Shown here: positions 28,643 to 38,950 of the stretch, piece after piece
How the letters are laid out: each line of letters begins with the position of its first letter
How positions within the stretch are numbered: the stretch's first letter is position 1
Assembly (NCBI GenBank): GCA_963845535.1
Contig: CAWJSK010000004.1
Span: 96,001-160,000 of the forward strand
Direction: 5' to 3'
Source of the DNA: an uncultured Spirochaetota bacterium
Lineage (GTDB): Bacteria > Spirochaetota > Spirochaetia > SZUA-6 > Fen-1364
Length of the DNA: 64,000 nt
Program-made: the position numbers and the translations under genes
Notes under the pieces: model-generated
Told to the model about the DNA's origin: nothing
The model's database searches: none
Seen by the model: only the letters and a program-made list of their open reading frames with translations

Positions 28643-30967
28643 CTACTGCATTTGCGGCAGCGCTTGCAGGTTCTTCAGGAAGCTTTTCAGGAGCGTGTCC
28701 TTGTCCGCCGCTTTCAGCCGTTCATCCAGCACGCTCCTGCGCTGTTCGGGGGTGGTCTGTTTCGCCAGATCGATGACCACGTCGATGGCCTGCTCCAGTG
28801 CTGCCTGGCGGCCTTCGCTCCTGCCCTCCGTCATGCTGTCGGAAATGAATCGGTCGTCGTATCGGTGGACGCGGTTGAGGATTCCCTTGAAGACTCCGTC
28901 AAGCGAGCCCAGGAAGGTGTCACGCAGCCCGATGGTCTTGAGCCGTCCCCTTTGCTCGCCCTGGCTCTTGATGATGGCGTCTTCCTGCGATGAATAGCTG
29001 TTGTACGCTGCAACGAGGTCGTCGAGCCGGCCGAGCTGGCTTGGTGGCTGCTGCGCAGATGCCGACTGCTGCGGAGCGGCGGGCTGGCGCGCAGCGGCGT
29101 CCGCAGCCGCCTTGTCGGCCGCGGCTTTCAGCCTCTGGTTCTCGGCGTCCAGGGCGTCGATTTTGCGGGAAAGCCGCGCCGAAACGTCGCCGGATGTCTG
29201 CTGCGCCGTGGCAAGGTCAGCCACCTGCTTCTGCAGCGCGGCGATCTGGGCGTTCCGCTGCTTCTCCCGGGCGGCCACGCGGGTATCCGCCGTGTCGCCG
29301 AGCGTCGATGATGCGTTCGTGATTCCCTTCGCTGCCAGGTTCGCCTGCGGGCTCTGGGGATAGCGCTGCAGGACCGTGAGGTAGGCGGATATGGCGTCCG
29401 CCGGCTTGCCGTGCCCGAGCGCAGCATCCGCCTGGGCCAGCAAAGGCGCCGCCATCTTTGCCTGGTTGGCGAGGTCCTGATTCTTGCCCTGCTCGGAGCC
29501 CGCGGTGAGGACGTTGGAGAGCGTCTTGTCGAGACGGGCGGAAGTTTCCGGGAGATAGCCCAGCGCGTCCCGGTAGGCGGCCAGCATTTCGGGATAGCGT
29601 CCCGCGTCGAAGGCAGTCTCCGCCCGGGTAAGGCCGGCGCGCAGCGCTTGCTGGCGCGCATTTTCGTCCGCCCGCGTTCTTGCCGTGAAGTAGTCGTAGC
29701 TTCGCTGGATCTCCGGCATCACCGCCAGCGCCTTTGCGTAAAGCCTCTCCGCCTCGGCGACGTTCCCCGCCTGCGCCTGCGCGTCCGCCTGAGCGACTGC
29801 CGTCCGCACCTCGGAAATCTGGCCGGAAGCCGCGATCAGCGAGGAGGTGTCAGCGCTCGCCGGGGAAAGTTGTCCCTGCACGTAGCTCGTGAGGGAATCC
29901 ACGAGAAAAAGGTCCACATCCCTGCGCTGCTGCATGGAGGGGAAGGCCGCCACGCTGGCGCTGTTCACGTAGTCACGGATGGCTTGCAGACCGGTGATCG
30001 CTTTCGAAAAGTCCTTTGCCGAAATATCGGCTTTCACGACGGAGTACAACCCGACGAGCTGGCCCGCGACAAGGTCCTCCTGCTGCTTCCGGGACTGGAG
30101 GGCCGCGAGAGCCTGCTGCGAGCTTGCCTGTGCGGATGCCGCTTCTTTTGTCTTTTGTTCAAGCTGCGCCTGGAGGTCGGCTTCCCGCTTCTTTGAGTCC
30201 TCCAGAACCTGCTGGCGCTCCGCGTTGGCCGTAGCGAGGTTCGCATTGAACTCGGCCTGGAGGCTTCTCAGGTTCTCATCCGATTTCTGCGTGTCCGTTT
30301 CTGCCTGGGCGCGGAAAGCGGCGAGCTGCCTCTGGGAATCCGCGTTCTTCTGCGCCTCCATGGCGGAAAGGCGGTTTGCGATGTCCTGCTCGGAAAGCCC
30401 CTGTTTCTGCAGGCGCACTTTCTCAGCGGCAAGCTCCGCGGCCATGGACGCTTTGAGCTGGTCCTCCCGTTGGCGGACTTTCGCATCCATGTTGGCCTGC
30501 AGGTCCTGGCGCTGCTTGTCGATTTCCTGAAGCCTGCCCTGGATCTGGTCTATCTGCTGGTTTTTCTCCAGGAGCCTCGCCTCGGACTCCTTCTTGAAAG
30601 TCTCGATGAGCTTGCCTTCCGCCGTGATGACGCCGGTCTGGCTCCGTGCCAGCTGGGTTTCCCCCCGCTGGAAGAAGAAGTACAACCCGGTGAGTCCTCC
30701 CACCAGCGTAATGAGCGCCGCCAGGTTCACGAGCACCGGGAACAGGACCCCTTTCTTGGCCGCCCGGACGGCGAACGCTTCCGGGTTCACCGCAATCCTG
30801 TTCTTGGTCGCGACCTTCTCGATCTCCTGGAGGATGTCCTTCTGGTCTTCCCGGGAAATCCCGGAGTCGGCATCAAAAGCGAACTCGTCGCGCCCGTCCG
30901 CGGTGAGACCGAGTGAGGTCCTGATTGTGCGCGCCTTCTTGAGAAGGCCGAGCATGGCGGCTTTCAT
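28643..30967 (-). CDS. single-TM coiled-coil/TPR protein
   Basis: One TM (LFPVLVNLAALI...), long Q/E/K/A heptads, TPR-like AISAYLTVLQRYPQSPQA; ATGA overlap with the cyclase stop. Confidence 0.75.
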   Translation of the reverse strand: MKAAMLGLLKKARTIRTSLGLTADGRDEFAFDADSGISREDQKDILQEIEKVATKNRIAVNPEAFAVRAAKKGVLFPVLVNLAALITLVGGLTGLYFFFQRGETQLARSQTGVITAEGKLIETFKKESEARLLEKNQQIDQIQGRLQEIDKQRQDLQANMDAKVRQREDQLKASMAAELAAEKVRLQKQGLSEQDIANRLSAMEAQKNADSQRQLAAFRAQAETDTQKSDENLRSLQAEFNANLATANAERQQVLEDSKKREADLQAQLEQKTKEAASAQASSQQALAALQSRKQQEDLVAGQLVGLYSVVKADISAKDFSKAITGLQAIRDYVNSASVAAFPSMQQRRDVDLFLVDSLTSYVQGQLSPASADTSSLIAASGQISEVRTAVAQADAQAQAGNVAEAERLYAKALAVMPEIQRSYDYFTARTRADENARQQALRAGLTRAETAFDAGRYPEMLAAYRDALGYLPETSARLDKTLSNVLTAGSEQGKNQDLANQAKMAAPLLAQADAALGHGKPADAISAYLTVLQRYPQSPQANLAAKGITNASSTLGDTADTRVAAREKQRNAQIAALQKQVADLATAQQTSGDVSARLSRKIDALDAENQRLKAAADKAAADAAARQPAAPQQSASAQQPPSQLGRLDDLVAAYNSYSSQEDAIIKSQGEQRGRLKTIGLRDTFLGSLDGVFKGILNRVHRYDDRFISDSMTEGRSEGRQAALEQAIDVVIDLAKQTTPEQRRSVLDERLKAADKDTLLKSFLKNLQALPQMQ

Positions 30968-32625
30968 TTCGATGTCATCTCGATCACCCCGTCCCACCCC
31001 GGGGGCGGCGGGTTCTTGAGATAATTCTGCGAGCGCCGGACAAGCTCCGGTGCGGGGTCGTCAGCAGGGACAATACGCTGAACGTCCCGAAACAGCGAAA
31101 GAGCGCGTGAGAAGTTTCTCTTGTAGTACTCATCCATCCCTGCATTATGGAGGTCCCAAGCCTCTTTCTCCGCTGCGGTCGGGGCCTTCTTTGTTGTGTA
31201 TATCTTGACTCCCCTGACCCTGCCCTTGACCGCAACCGTGTCGAGAAGACGCCAGGGCAGCTCGTTCTTCACCTTGGAATGAAGGCTTTCCGCGTAGATA
31301 AGCGGCTGATGATAGTACTTCGTAAGCCCCTCGAGCCGGGAGGCAAGGTTCACCGTGTCCCCGATCACCGTGTAGTCCATCTTCTTCTCAGTCCCCATGT
31401 TTCCCACGGTTACGTTCCCATAATTGATCCCAACCCCGATATGAAAAGGCGGCTTGCCGTCCTTCTCCTGATGCTCATTCCACCCGTCAAGGGCCTCGAT
31501 CATGTCGATACCGGCCAGCACCGATTGGAGACCGTCGTTTTCGTGGCGAAGCGGAGCGCCGAAAATCGCCATGATGGCGTCCCCGATGTATTTATCCACC
31601 ATCCCTTGGCGCGCCATGATGATGTCCACCATCACGGAGAAGTAGCTGTTGAGAACGCTTACAAGGTCATCGGGGTTCATCTTCTCGGAGATCGACGTGA
31701 AGCTCCTGATGTCGGAGAACATCACGGAGACCACCCGGTTGTCCCCGATGAGCATCTTGTCGGGGTTCTTGGATAACTCGATTATGACGTCGTTGGGAAC
31801 ATACTTGCGGAAGATGTTCTTTATCTTCTGCTCTTCTTTCTGGGCAACCACTGCCTTGAAGGCGAACTGCTTTATCTGGCGGTAGGCTTTCTCCAGCTCC
31901 CCCACCATGAGGTTGAAGGTCTGGGCGAGCTGGCCTATCTCGTCATGGTACTCCACGACGACGCGCTGGGACAGGTCATTGGTGGAAATGATGGACATCA
32001 TGGTGGAAGCCACGCGGGTCAGCGGCCGGGTGAGGTAGCCGGCAAAGAGAAGCACCAGGAGGGCCCCCGCGCCGATGGCCCCCAGGAGAATGACACCGGT
32101 GCGAATGGTGATCTCGTTCACCAGGCTGTAGAACGCAGCGCGGTCCTCCGTGGTCAGGATGTACCATTGAAAAGGATCGAACCAGAATCCCTTGGCGACC
32201 CTTTGTTTTCCCCCAATGCTGATTGCGGGGATCAAGTCGGTCGTCCTGGCCTGGGCGAGCCGGGCAAGGGAAGCTTTCTCCGCATCAAAGAGGTTGACCG
32301 TGTCCGTGCTCATGGCCACCGCGCCATCCGGTCCGACGGCGACAATCAGCTCCGTGGAGCTCCCAATGATGCTGCGCGCGTAGCCCTCCACGGCGGCCTT
32401 TGTGGCGGAGACCATGTCCGGCTGCCCGGTGAGGTTGTTCTGCACGAGGAGCGACCACTGGCTTTCCGCCTGCTTGCGAAGCTCATCCGCCTTGAACCCG
32501 AGGAAGTCCTTGGCGATGCGCGTAATGCCGTTGCGCGTGGAGAAAAACGAGGAGCCGCCCGTCAGGCCCAATGTCGCCACGATGAGAGGAAGGACGATGA
32601 GGAATATCTTCCAGCGAATGCTCAT
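30964..32625 (-). CDS. membrane-bound class III adenylate cyclase with HAMP domain
   Basis: FSDIRSFT, DKYIGDAIMA, DYTVIGDTVNLASRLEG; two TM segments. Confidence 0.92.
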   Translation of the reverse strand: MSIRWKIFLIVLPLIVATLGLTGGSSFFSTRNGITRIAKDFLGFKADELRKQAESQWSLLVQNNLTGQPDMVSATKAAVEGYARSIIGSSTELIVAVGPDGAVAMSTDTVNLFDAEKASLARLAQARTTDLIPAISIGGKQRVAKGFWFDPFQWYILTTEDRAAFYSLVNEITIRTGVILLGAIGAGALLVLLFAGYLTRPLTRVASTMMSIISTNDLSQRVVVEYHDEIGQLAQTFNLMVGELEKAYRQIKQFAFKAVVAQKEEQKIKNIFRKYVPNDVIIELSKNPDKMLIGDNRVVSVMFSDIRSFTSISEKMNPDDLVSVLNSYFSVMVDIIMARQGMVDKYIGDAIMAIFGAPLRHENDGLQSVLAGIDMIEALDGWNEHQEKDGKPPFHIGVGINYGNVTVGNMGTEKKMDYTVIGDTVNLASRLEGLTKYYHQPLIYAESLHSKVKNELPWRLLDTVAVKGRVRGVKIYTTKKAPTAAEKEAWDLHNAGMDEYYKRNFSRALSLFRDVQRIVPADDPAPELVRRSQNYLKNPPPPGWDGVIEMTSK

Positions 32626-32770
32626 GTGATAGTACCTAGAGTTTCGGCGCGGCCGCTCGTTGACCTTATCACGGGCCGCGGATACCCTCAATCCGTGAAA
32701 ACCCTGCCGGCTGGGGAAACTCGGCTGACGGAGTTGAGGCGGCCCGTGCCCGGACCGCATGGAGGCCGAG

Positions 32771-35700
32771 ATGCAGAGGCTGATCGTCCTGATCGTTCTT
32801 GCCGTGGGCGCCTCGGTGGACGCCGCGGCGGTGGATCGGGTCCGGATCGAAGCGCCCGTTGTCAACCCGCGGACCCCTGAGGCGATAGCCCAGGCGGCAG
32901 ATCTCCTGGACGCCATGTCGGGGGTGGTCAACAGGCTGTACGCTCAACGCATCGAATGCGCGCGGGCGGAGGCTGGCGGGAGCTTCGACTACTCACTGTC
33001 ACTGATTGCAAGCCTTGGCGGCAACAACCCGAGCATCGTGATTCGAATCAAGCGCCTTTCCGACGGCGCAGAATCAGCCGCATACCCATGGATCGGGCAG
33101 CCCACCCCCGAGCTGCCGTCACTGTTCGCCCACGCCGTCTTCATGCTCTGGGGATCGCTCAACGGCGCTACGCAGCAGGCCTCGTCCCAGCCTCCGCAGG
33201 CCGTCGACGAGCTGCCGGCCGCTCTCATCTCCCAGTACGCTTACCCTTGGTCGCTGGCCGCGCTGCCCAACGGCACAATCGTCGCCGCATTGAACACCAG
33301 CTGCGTTGAGCTTGATCCGGCCTTCCGCGTGGTCTTCGAGCCGGGTAAGAGCCTCGGAGAGGGCGGCCTCATGAACTACGCCCTCGGAGTCTCCGTCACC
33401 CCGGGGGGCACCATCCTTCTGAAGCCGGGGCAGGGAACCAGCTTGTACCGGATCGAAGCGGATTCGGCCGCGCCCCGAAAGATGCAGACGGGGATCGAGC
33501 TTGCCGCCGCTCCGTTTGCCGCGCTTCCTGACGGCGGCGTGCTTGTCGTGGACTCCGCGGCGCGCAAAGCCGTGAAGATCATGGGGAAGGAGCGCGCGGA
33601 CTTCCCTCTTTTCGCAAGCTCGACCGAGTACATCGGCTTCGTCGGAGTGAGCCCTGATTCCACGGTCTGGGTCTATGACTACATTCTCAGGGCTTTCCGA
33701 ATCTACACCACTGAGGGGAGGCTCGTGGACTACGTTCTGCCCCTCGTTTCTCTGGCAAAGCCGCTTGCCCCCATGTCAATGGCGATTGGCCCTGACGGAA
33801 GCTTCATCGTGCTTTCCAATGGGCAGCTTCTGAAGTTCGCCCGTGACGGCAGCCTGATATGGAAGCTGGACTCCCTTTCCGGACTGGAGGTGGAGAAGCT
33901 GCCGGCAAGCGGTTCGGTGGCCGCAGACTGGAACCGCGGTCTGATCTACCTGGCAGACACCACCGGGCGGCGAATCATCAGGCTCCTGGACACAAGCTAT
34001 TGCGCGCAGAAAGGCATCCACAACCCGACTGAGGAGAAGCTCCTGGCGCTCAGACAGGGCCCGGCGGCGGATGATCCGTCGCAGCTATCCCAGGCCGCGG
34101 GCCTGTATGAAGCCGCCGGCTCCTCCCTCATGGCGCGCGCGGCCTGGCAGAAAGTCCTGGACGCAGACCCGGACAACCCCGGGGCCAAAGCCCGGCTTCG
34201 CGCGCTGGAGGCGAATGAGCTGAAACGGACGGCTGCTGAGCTGGACGGGAAGACTCGTGAGACGCTGCGCGACCTGGGGCCGGAGTCCGCGCGGCTCACC
34301 TACACGCAGGCGGTCCAGGCGTACGAGCAGATCCTCAGCAGAAACAGGGATGACCAGGAGACTCGCGCGGCAATGGAGGCTCTGAAGAAGGTCTTCGAGT
34401 CGGGTGCGCCCGCCCCCGAGCCGCCGGCTCCGCTGGCCATCCAGGACCAGAAGATCCCGAGCCTCTTCCCGGCGCTCATGCAGTACTACCTTGCCCACCC
34501 GGCCGTCACGGTGACGGTCTCTAACGCCTCTTCGGCTGCCGTGCAGAACGTACGCGTGAGCGCGTTCATCCCCAGGTTCATGGATTTCCCCTCGGAGGCA
34601 AAACCCCTTGCGGAGCTGGCCCCGGGCGCTCAAGCCTCCTTCGATATCATGCTGAAGTTCCAGCCGTCAATCCTCGACCAGCAGGAAGACACGGTGGTCC
34701 AGATGAAAGTGAACGCGGCCTGCGCGGTAAACGGCGCGGACCAGACCGTCAGCACGATCATGAGCGTGACGGTCAACCGCAACACTGCGCTGAGGTGGGA
34801 CGACACGCGCAAAATCGCCGCCTACATTACTCCGAACGAGGATACGGTGAGCGGGTTTGCGCGCCGCGTCCTGGACATTGGGGACTCCGCCCGCGGGCTC
34901 CAGATATCGCGGAGAATCTTCCAGGCCATGCACATATGCGACGCCCTTGGAGCGTATGGCATCAGTTACGTCCCGAACCCTGAGACCCCAATCTCCAAAG
35001 TCCTGGGAAACTCCCAGGTGATCGACACCGTGCATTTCCCCCGTGTAACGCTTGCCAACAGGGGAGGTGACTGCAGCGACACCACCGCGCTTCTTGCCTC
35101 CCTCCTCGAGTCGGTGGGAATACGCACGGCGGTGCTCACGACACCCGGACACATCTTCCTCGCCTTCGACACCGGCGAGCCGGCGGAGAACGCTCCGCTC
35201 TTCTCGACGCAGTCACTCGATGTGATCGCGCATGGGACGGTGTGGATTCCTGTGGAGACCACCGTGCTGAAGCAAGGGTTCATGGCGGCGTGGAGCGCGG
35301 CTTCCGAGCTTGTCAGGAAGTACCGAGAGAACGGTCCGTTCGAGTTCCTGCCCCTTGCTGAGATGCGAAACGCATGGCCTGCGCTTCCTCTTCCCCCCAG
35401 CGCGCTCACCATCGTGGACCCGTCCCCGCAAGCGGTTTCAAAGGTGTACTCCGCGTCCTTGAGCGGATTCACATCGGCCATCTACTCCTCCCGCGTCTCG
35501 CAGCTCAGCTCGCGGCTTGCCAGCCTCAGTGGCAGACAGGCGAACCTCCTGCGCATCCGCATCGGCATCCTTCACGGCATGTTCGGCGACATGAACGACG
35601 CTGAGGCTTCCTTCCAAGCGGTCATTGCAAGCGAACCATCGCTCGTATCGCCCTACGTGGATATCGCGAACATCCGCATCCTCGCCGGGGACAACGACGG

Positions 35701-35950
35701 CGCTCTCGCCATGGTCAACAAGGGCCTGGCCATCAACCAGGCCTCGGCCCTCCTCAACCTGCTTGCCGCGCAGATCTACTCCACCAGGGGGGACGGGGTC
35801 CACGCGGCCGCGCACATGGCCCGGGTCAAGAGCGCGGCCCCTGAGCTTGCGGCCCGCTACGCGGACGTGGTCGGGGGAGCGCGAACGGATGGGAAAAGGG
35901 CGGCTGGACAGGGCGAGGGTCCTGCCGTGATCTGGGGAAACGAAAAGTAG
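32771..35950 (+). CDS. large secreted beta-propeller/TPR/transglutaminase-like protein
   Basis: Signal peptide, NHL-like repeats (MAIGPDG, IYLADT), TPRs, GGDCSD...GHIF...WIPVETT core; start 32759 or 32771. Confidence 0.75.
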   Translation: MQRLIVLIVLAVGASVDAAAVDRVRIEAPVVNPRTPEAIAQAADLLDAMSGVVNRLYAQRIECARAEAGGSFDYSLSLIASLGGNNPSIVIRIKRLSDGAESAAYPWIGQPTPELPSLFAHAVFMLWGSLNGATQQASSQPPQAVDELPAALISQYAYPWSLAALPNGTIVAALNTSCVELDPAFRVVFEPGKSLGEGGLMNYALGVSVTPGGTILLKPGQGTSLYRIEADSAAPRKMQTGIELAAAPFAALPDGGVLVVDSAARKAVKIMGKERADFPLFASSTEYIGFVGVSPDSTVWVYDYILRAFRIYTTEGRLVDYVLPLVSLAKPLAPMSMAIGPDGSFIVLSNGQLLKFARDGSLIWKLDSLSGLEVEKLPASGSVAADWNRGLIYLADTTGRRIIRLLDTSYCAQKGIHNPTEEKLLALRQGPAADDPSQLSQAAGLYEAAGSSLMARAAWQKVLDADPDNPGAKARLRALEANELKRTAAELDGKTRETLRDLGPESARLTYTQAVQAYEQILSRNRDDQETRAAMEALKKVFESGAPAPEPPAPLAIQDQKIPSLFPALMQYYLAHPAVTVTVSNASSAAVQNVRVSAFIPRFMDFPSEAKPLAELAPGAQASFDIMLKFQPSILDQQEDTVVQMKVNAACAVNGADQTVSTIMSVTVNRNTALRWDDTRKIAAYITPNEDTVSGFARRVLDIGDSARGLQISRRIFQAMHICDALGAYGISYVPNPETPISKVLGNSQVIDTVHFPRVTLANRGGDCSDTTALLASLLESVGIRTAVLTTPGHIFLAFDTGEPAENAPLFSTQSLDVIAHGTVWIPVETTVLKQGFMAAWSAASELVRKYRENGPFEFLPLAEMRNAWPALPLPPSALTIVDPSPQAVSKVYSASLSGFTSAIYSSRVSQLSSRLASLSGRQANLLRIRIGILHGMFGDMNDAEASFQAVIASEPSLVSPYVDIANIRILAGDNDGALAMVNKGLAINQASALLNLLAAQIYSTRGDGVHAAAHMARVKSAAPELAARYADVVGGARTDGKRAAGQGEGPAVIWGNEK

Positions 35951-35982
35951 CCTCCCCCGGCGAGCGTCGTTACCTTCCGGAC

Positions 35983-37521
35983 ATGGCGGAGCAAGACGCG
36001 CGCAATCCAGGACCCTGGGTCCTTTTCTCGACGATCTTCGCATCCAGCATGGCGTTCATTGACGGCACGGCTCTCAACGTGGCCATGCCGGCAATCCAGA
36101 ACGGACTTCACGCAAGCGGCGTGCAGCTTCTTTGGATGGTCAACGCGTACCTCCTGATGCTGGCCGCGCTCATCCCCGTCGGCGGGTCGTTGGGAGACCT
36201 GTTCGGACGCAAGAAGGTCTTCTCCATTGGCATCGGCCTGTTCATGCTGGCCTCTCTCATCTGCGGTCTTTCCCCGAACGCGGATTTCCTGGTCTGGGCC
36301 CGGGCCGCGCAAGGAATCGGGAGCGCCCTGATGATTCCCGGAAGCCTCGCCATCATCAGCTCCTTCTTCGGCCCGACGGAGAAGGGCCGGGCCATCGGGA
36401 CATGGTCCGCCGCCACAACCATTGTGACGGTGATCGGGCCCATCCTTGGCGGCGTCCTCTCGGGCGCCGGGCTCTGGAGGGTCGTGTTCTTGATCAACAT
36501 CCCGTTGGGGATCGCCGCGCTCATCCCGCTTTTCCTGAAGGTGCCGGAGAGTCGAAACGAGAAAGCGCAAGGCAGGATTGATTTTCCGGGGGCGGGGCTT
36601 CTCATCATCGCGCTTGCCGGCCTCACCTTCGGGTTCGTCTCGGCTCCGGACCACGGGTTTGGTGATCCGCGCATCATAGCGGCGCTTTCGCTGGGGATTG
36701 TCGCGCTTGCGGGCTTCCTCTTCGTCGAGGCCAGGAACAGCCACCCAATGATCCCGCTTTCCCTTTTTTCCTCGAGGACATTCAGCGGGACCAACCTGCT
36801 CACCCTGGCCCTCTACGGCGCCCTGAGCGTCGGGATGTTCTTCCTGTCGCTGAACCTCGTGCAGGCGCAAGGCTACACCATGGCGCTGGCGGGCTTTGCC
36901 TTCACCCCGTTCGCGCTCGTCCTGACCGCGTTGTCCAGATGGGCCGGCGGTCTTGTGGACAGGTCAGGCCCGCGCCTTCCCCTCGTCGTTGGCCCGGCAA
37001 TCGCCGGGCTCGCCTTCTTCTCCATGGCATGGGCAGGCGTGACCCCGGGGCCGTCACGCTACTGGGTGAGCTTCTTTCCCGGCGTGCTGCTGCTGGGCAT
37101 CGGGATGGGGATCACGGTGGCCCCTCTCACAACGGCAGTCATGAGCTCGGTGGCGTCACACCTTTCGGGGACTGCCTCGGGCATCAACAACGCCGTCTCT
37201 CGGACTGCGGGGGTCCTTGCCATTGCCGTGGTAGGAGCGTTGTCACTCGTCCTGTTTGCCCACAGCCTGGACGCCCGGGCATCCCAGGCGGGCCTATCAA
37301 CGCCGGTCCGCCAGGCGCTCGCGGTTGAGGCGAGCCGGCTGGGCGCGGCGGCTGTCCCGCAAGCCGCGGCGCCGCAGGATGCGGCCGCCGTCCAGTCCGC
37401 CATAAGGCTTGCGTTCGTGGACACGTTTAAAATCGTGATGCTCGTCTGTGCCGTTCTCGCGTGGGCCGGCGCCGCCCTTGCCGGACTCTTCGTGGAGAAA
37501 AACTTCAGGGCGGCGAAGTAG
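35983..37521 (+). CDS. MFS transporter, DHA2 (14-TM) family
   Basis: FIDGTALNVA, LGDLFGRKK, WRVVFLINIPLG, ASGINNA. Confidence 0.9.
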   Translation: MAEQDARNPGPWVLFSTIFASSMAFIDGTALNVAMPAIQNGLHASGVQLLWMVNAYLLMLAALIPVGGSLGDLFGRKKVFSIGIGLFMLASLICGLSPNADFLVWARAAQGIGSALMIPGSLAIISSFFGPTEKGRAIGTWSAATTIVTVIGPILGGVLSGAGLWRVVFLINIPLGIAALIPLFLKVPESRNEKAQGRIDFPGAGLLIIALAGLTFGFVSAPDHGFGDPRIIAALSLGIVALAGFLFVEARNSHPMIPLSLFSSRTFSGTNLLTLALYGALSVGMFFLSLNLVQAQGYTMALAGFAFTPFALVLTALSRWAGGLVDRSGPRLPLVVGPAIAGLAFFSMAWAGVTPGPSRYWVSFFPGVLLLGIGMGITVAPLTTAVMSSVASHLSGTASGINNAVSRTAGVLAIAVVGALSLVLFAHSLDARASQAGLSTPVRQALAVEASRLGAAAVPQAAAPQDAAAVQSAIRLAFVDTFKIVMLVCAVLAWAGAALAGLFVEKNFRAAK

Positions 37522-37600
37522 ACCCGTTGCGCCGCGCAGGGCACGGCCGGCACCGCGTCGGGGCACGGCGCCGAGCAACTTGGCCCCGAGCGCAGGGCGC

Positions 37601-38263
37601 TCAGGCAGCTATGATGCCGGTCACCGCCTTGTTCGAGAGCAGACGCTCCTTGTTTTCGGCAAGGACCAGCGCGTAGCGAGCCAGCCGCGCGCCCATGTAT
37701 CGCGCCGCAGCAAGCACAGGCTCTTCCACCGGCGTGGCCTCCCGCGCAGCGGCGGTATAAATCACTCCGTATGGGCTGCCGCCGGCAGCATAGATGGTGG
37801 AGTCCGTATAACCGGTCGGCACGACAATCGTGCCCCAATGGCTCATCACCGCGTAGATCGAGTTGATCGTGTTGACCTGGCCGCCGTGCGTGTTCATGGC
37901 GCCCGCAAAAGCCGTGACGGGCTTGTGGGCCAGCTTCCCCTGGCCCCAGAGCGGACCTGATGAATCAAGGAACTGCTTCATCTGCGCCGCCATGACGCCG
38001 TAGCGGGTGGGGCTGCCGAAGACGTACCCGTTGGCCCACTCCAGGTCAGCCAGCGTCGCCTCGGGGACGTTCCGCGTGGCTTCCAAGTGCGCCTTCCATG
38101 CGGGGTTGGTCGCAACGACCTCGGGAGAGGCAAGCTCGGCCACCCTGCGAAGCCTTACCTCCGCTCCTTCGGCTTTCGCTCCCTGTTCGAATGCCTGCGC
38201 CACCTGGTATGCATGTCCCATGGCGCTGTAGTAGAAAATCGCAATTTTCGCCTTTTCACTCAT
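37601..38263 (-). CDS. wrbA: NAD(P)H:quinone oxidoreductase WrbA
   Basis: FYYSAMGH, FGSPTRYG, HGGQ, GGSPYG. Confidence 0.9.
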   Translation of the reverse strand: MSEKAKIAIFYYSAMGHAYQVAQAFEQGAKAEGAEVRLRRVAELASPEVVATNPAWKAHLEATRNVPEATLADLEWANGYVFGSPTRYGVMAAQMKQFLDSSGPLWGQGKLAHKPVTAFAGAMNTHGGQVNTINSIYAVMSHWGTIVVPTGYTDSTIYAAGGSPYGVIYTAAAREATPVEEPVLAAARYMGARLARYALVLAENKERLLSNKAVTGIIAA

Positions 38264-38790
38264 GATGGTCCTCCTCCGGGGCTTCCCGCCCCTTGTGTGT
38301 TTCCGTCCCCGACTGCGCGCGAAGTGAGTTTTCGCAAGAGCCGGGAAAGCGTTTCAAGCTCCTCATCCGAGAGAGCCGCAAACAGCCCGGTGATGGCGCG
38401 CTCCTGCCCTGGCACGAGCGCCTCCCGCAGCCGTTGGCCCGCCGCGGTCAACTGAAGACTGTTGCACCTGCCGCTCGGCGGCCTCGCCACAAGTCGTCTT
38501 TTCTCCAGCTTCTGCAGCAGCTGGGTCACGTTTCCCTGCGTGACAACGAGGCGGTCGGCGAGCTCCTTCTGGCTCAGGCCTTCCCTCGAGCCGATCTGGG
38601 CAATGATGTCAAACTGCGCAAGGCTGAGGTGCGGCGCGCGCAGGCGATTCCCGAGGGCTGCGTGCTGCGCGTTCACAAACCGCGCGAGCCTGAGCCATGC
38701 GGCAACCGCGCGGCGGGTCCTTTCCCGCGAGCATCCTGCGCGTGACTCAGACGGCTCGACCGCAGCTCCCCTTTCACCCTGGCTGTCCAC
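38260..38790 (-). CDS. MarR-family regulator
   Basis: LSLAQFDIIAQI, SQKELADRLVVTQGNVTQLLQKLE, LTAAG; start uncertain. Confidence 0.8.
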   Translation of the reverse strand: MDSQGERGAAVEPSESRAGCSRERTRRAVAAWLRLARFVNAQHAALGNRLRAPHLSLAQFDIIAQIGSREGLSQKELADRLVVTQGNVTQLLQKLEKRRLVARPPSGRCNSLQLTAAGQRLREALVPGQERAITGLFAALSDEELETLSRLLRKLTSRAVGDGNTQGAGSPGGGPS

Positions 38791-38799
38791 GCGTCTTAA

Positions 38800-38816
38800 T
38801 TTAGTTCTAAAGTATA
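38800..38816 (-). promoter_or_regulatory. candidate -10 box (TATACT) and palindromic MarR operator TTTAG-N2-CTAAA
   Basis: AT-rich palindrome 38800-38811 adjoining TATACT at 38816-38811. Confidence 0.5.
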
Positions 38817-38845
38817 CGGGGAGGCAAATTCTCGAAGAGGCGTGG

Positions 38846-38917
38846 GTCAGGGGCAAGGGCCGCATCGGGGGCAGGAGACGCGTCAGGCGCAAGGGCCGCG
38901 TCAGGCGCAGGAGCCGG
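38846..38917. repeat. 18-bp tandem repeat, four imperfect copies
   Basis: gtcaggggcaagggccgc / atcgggggcaggagacgc / gtcaggcgcaagggccgc / gtcaggcgcaggagccgg. Confidence 0.75.
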
Positions 38918-38950
38918 ATAGCGCCAGTCGGCGGCTGAGTTGGCGGGATT

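Noticed and set aside
38846..38917. Possible CRISPR array
   Set aside because: Contiguous tandem units without spacers; no cas genes in the window
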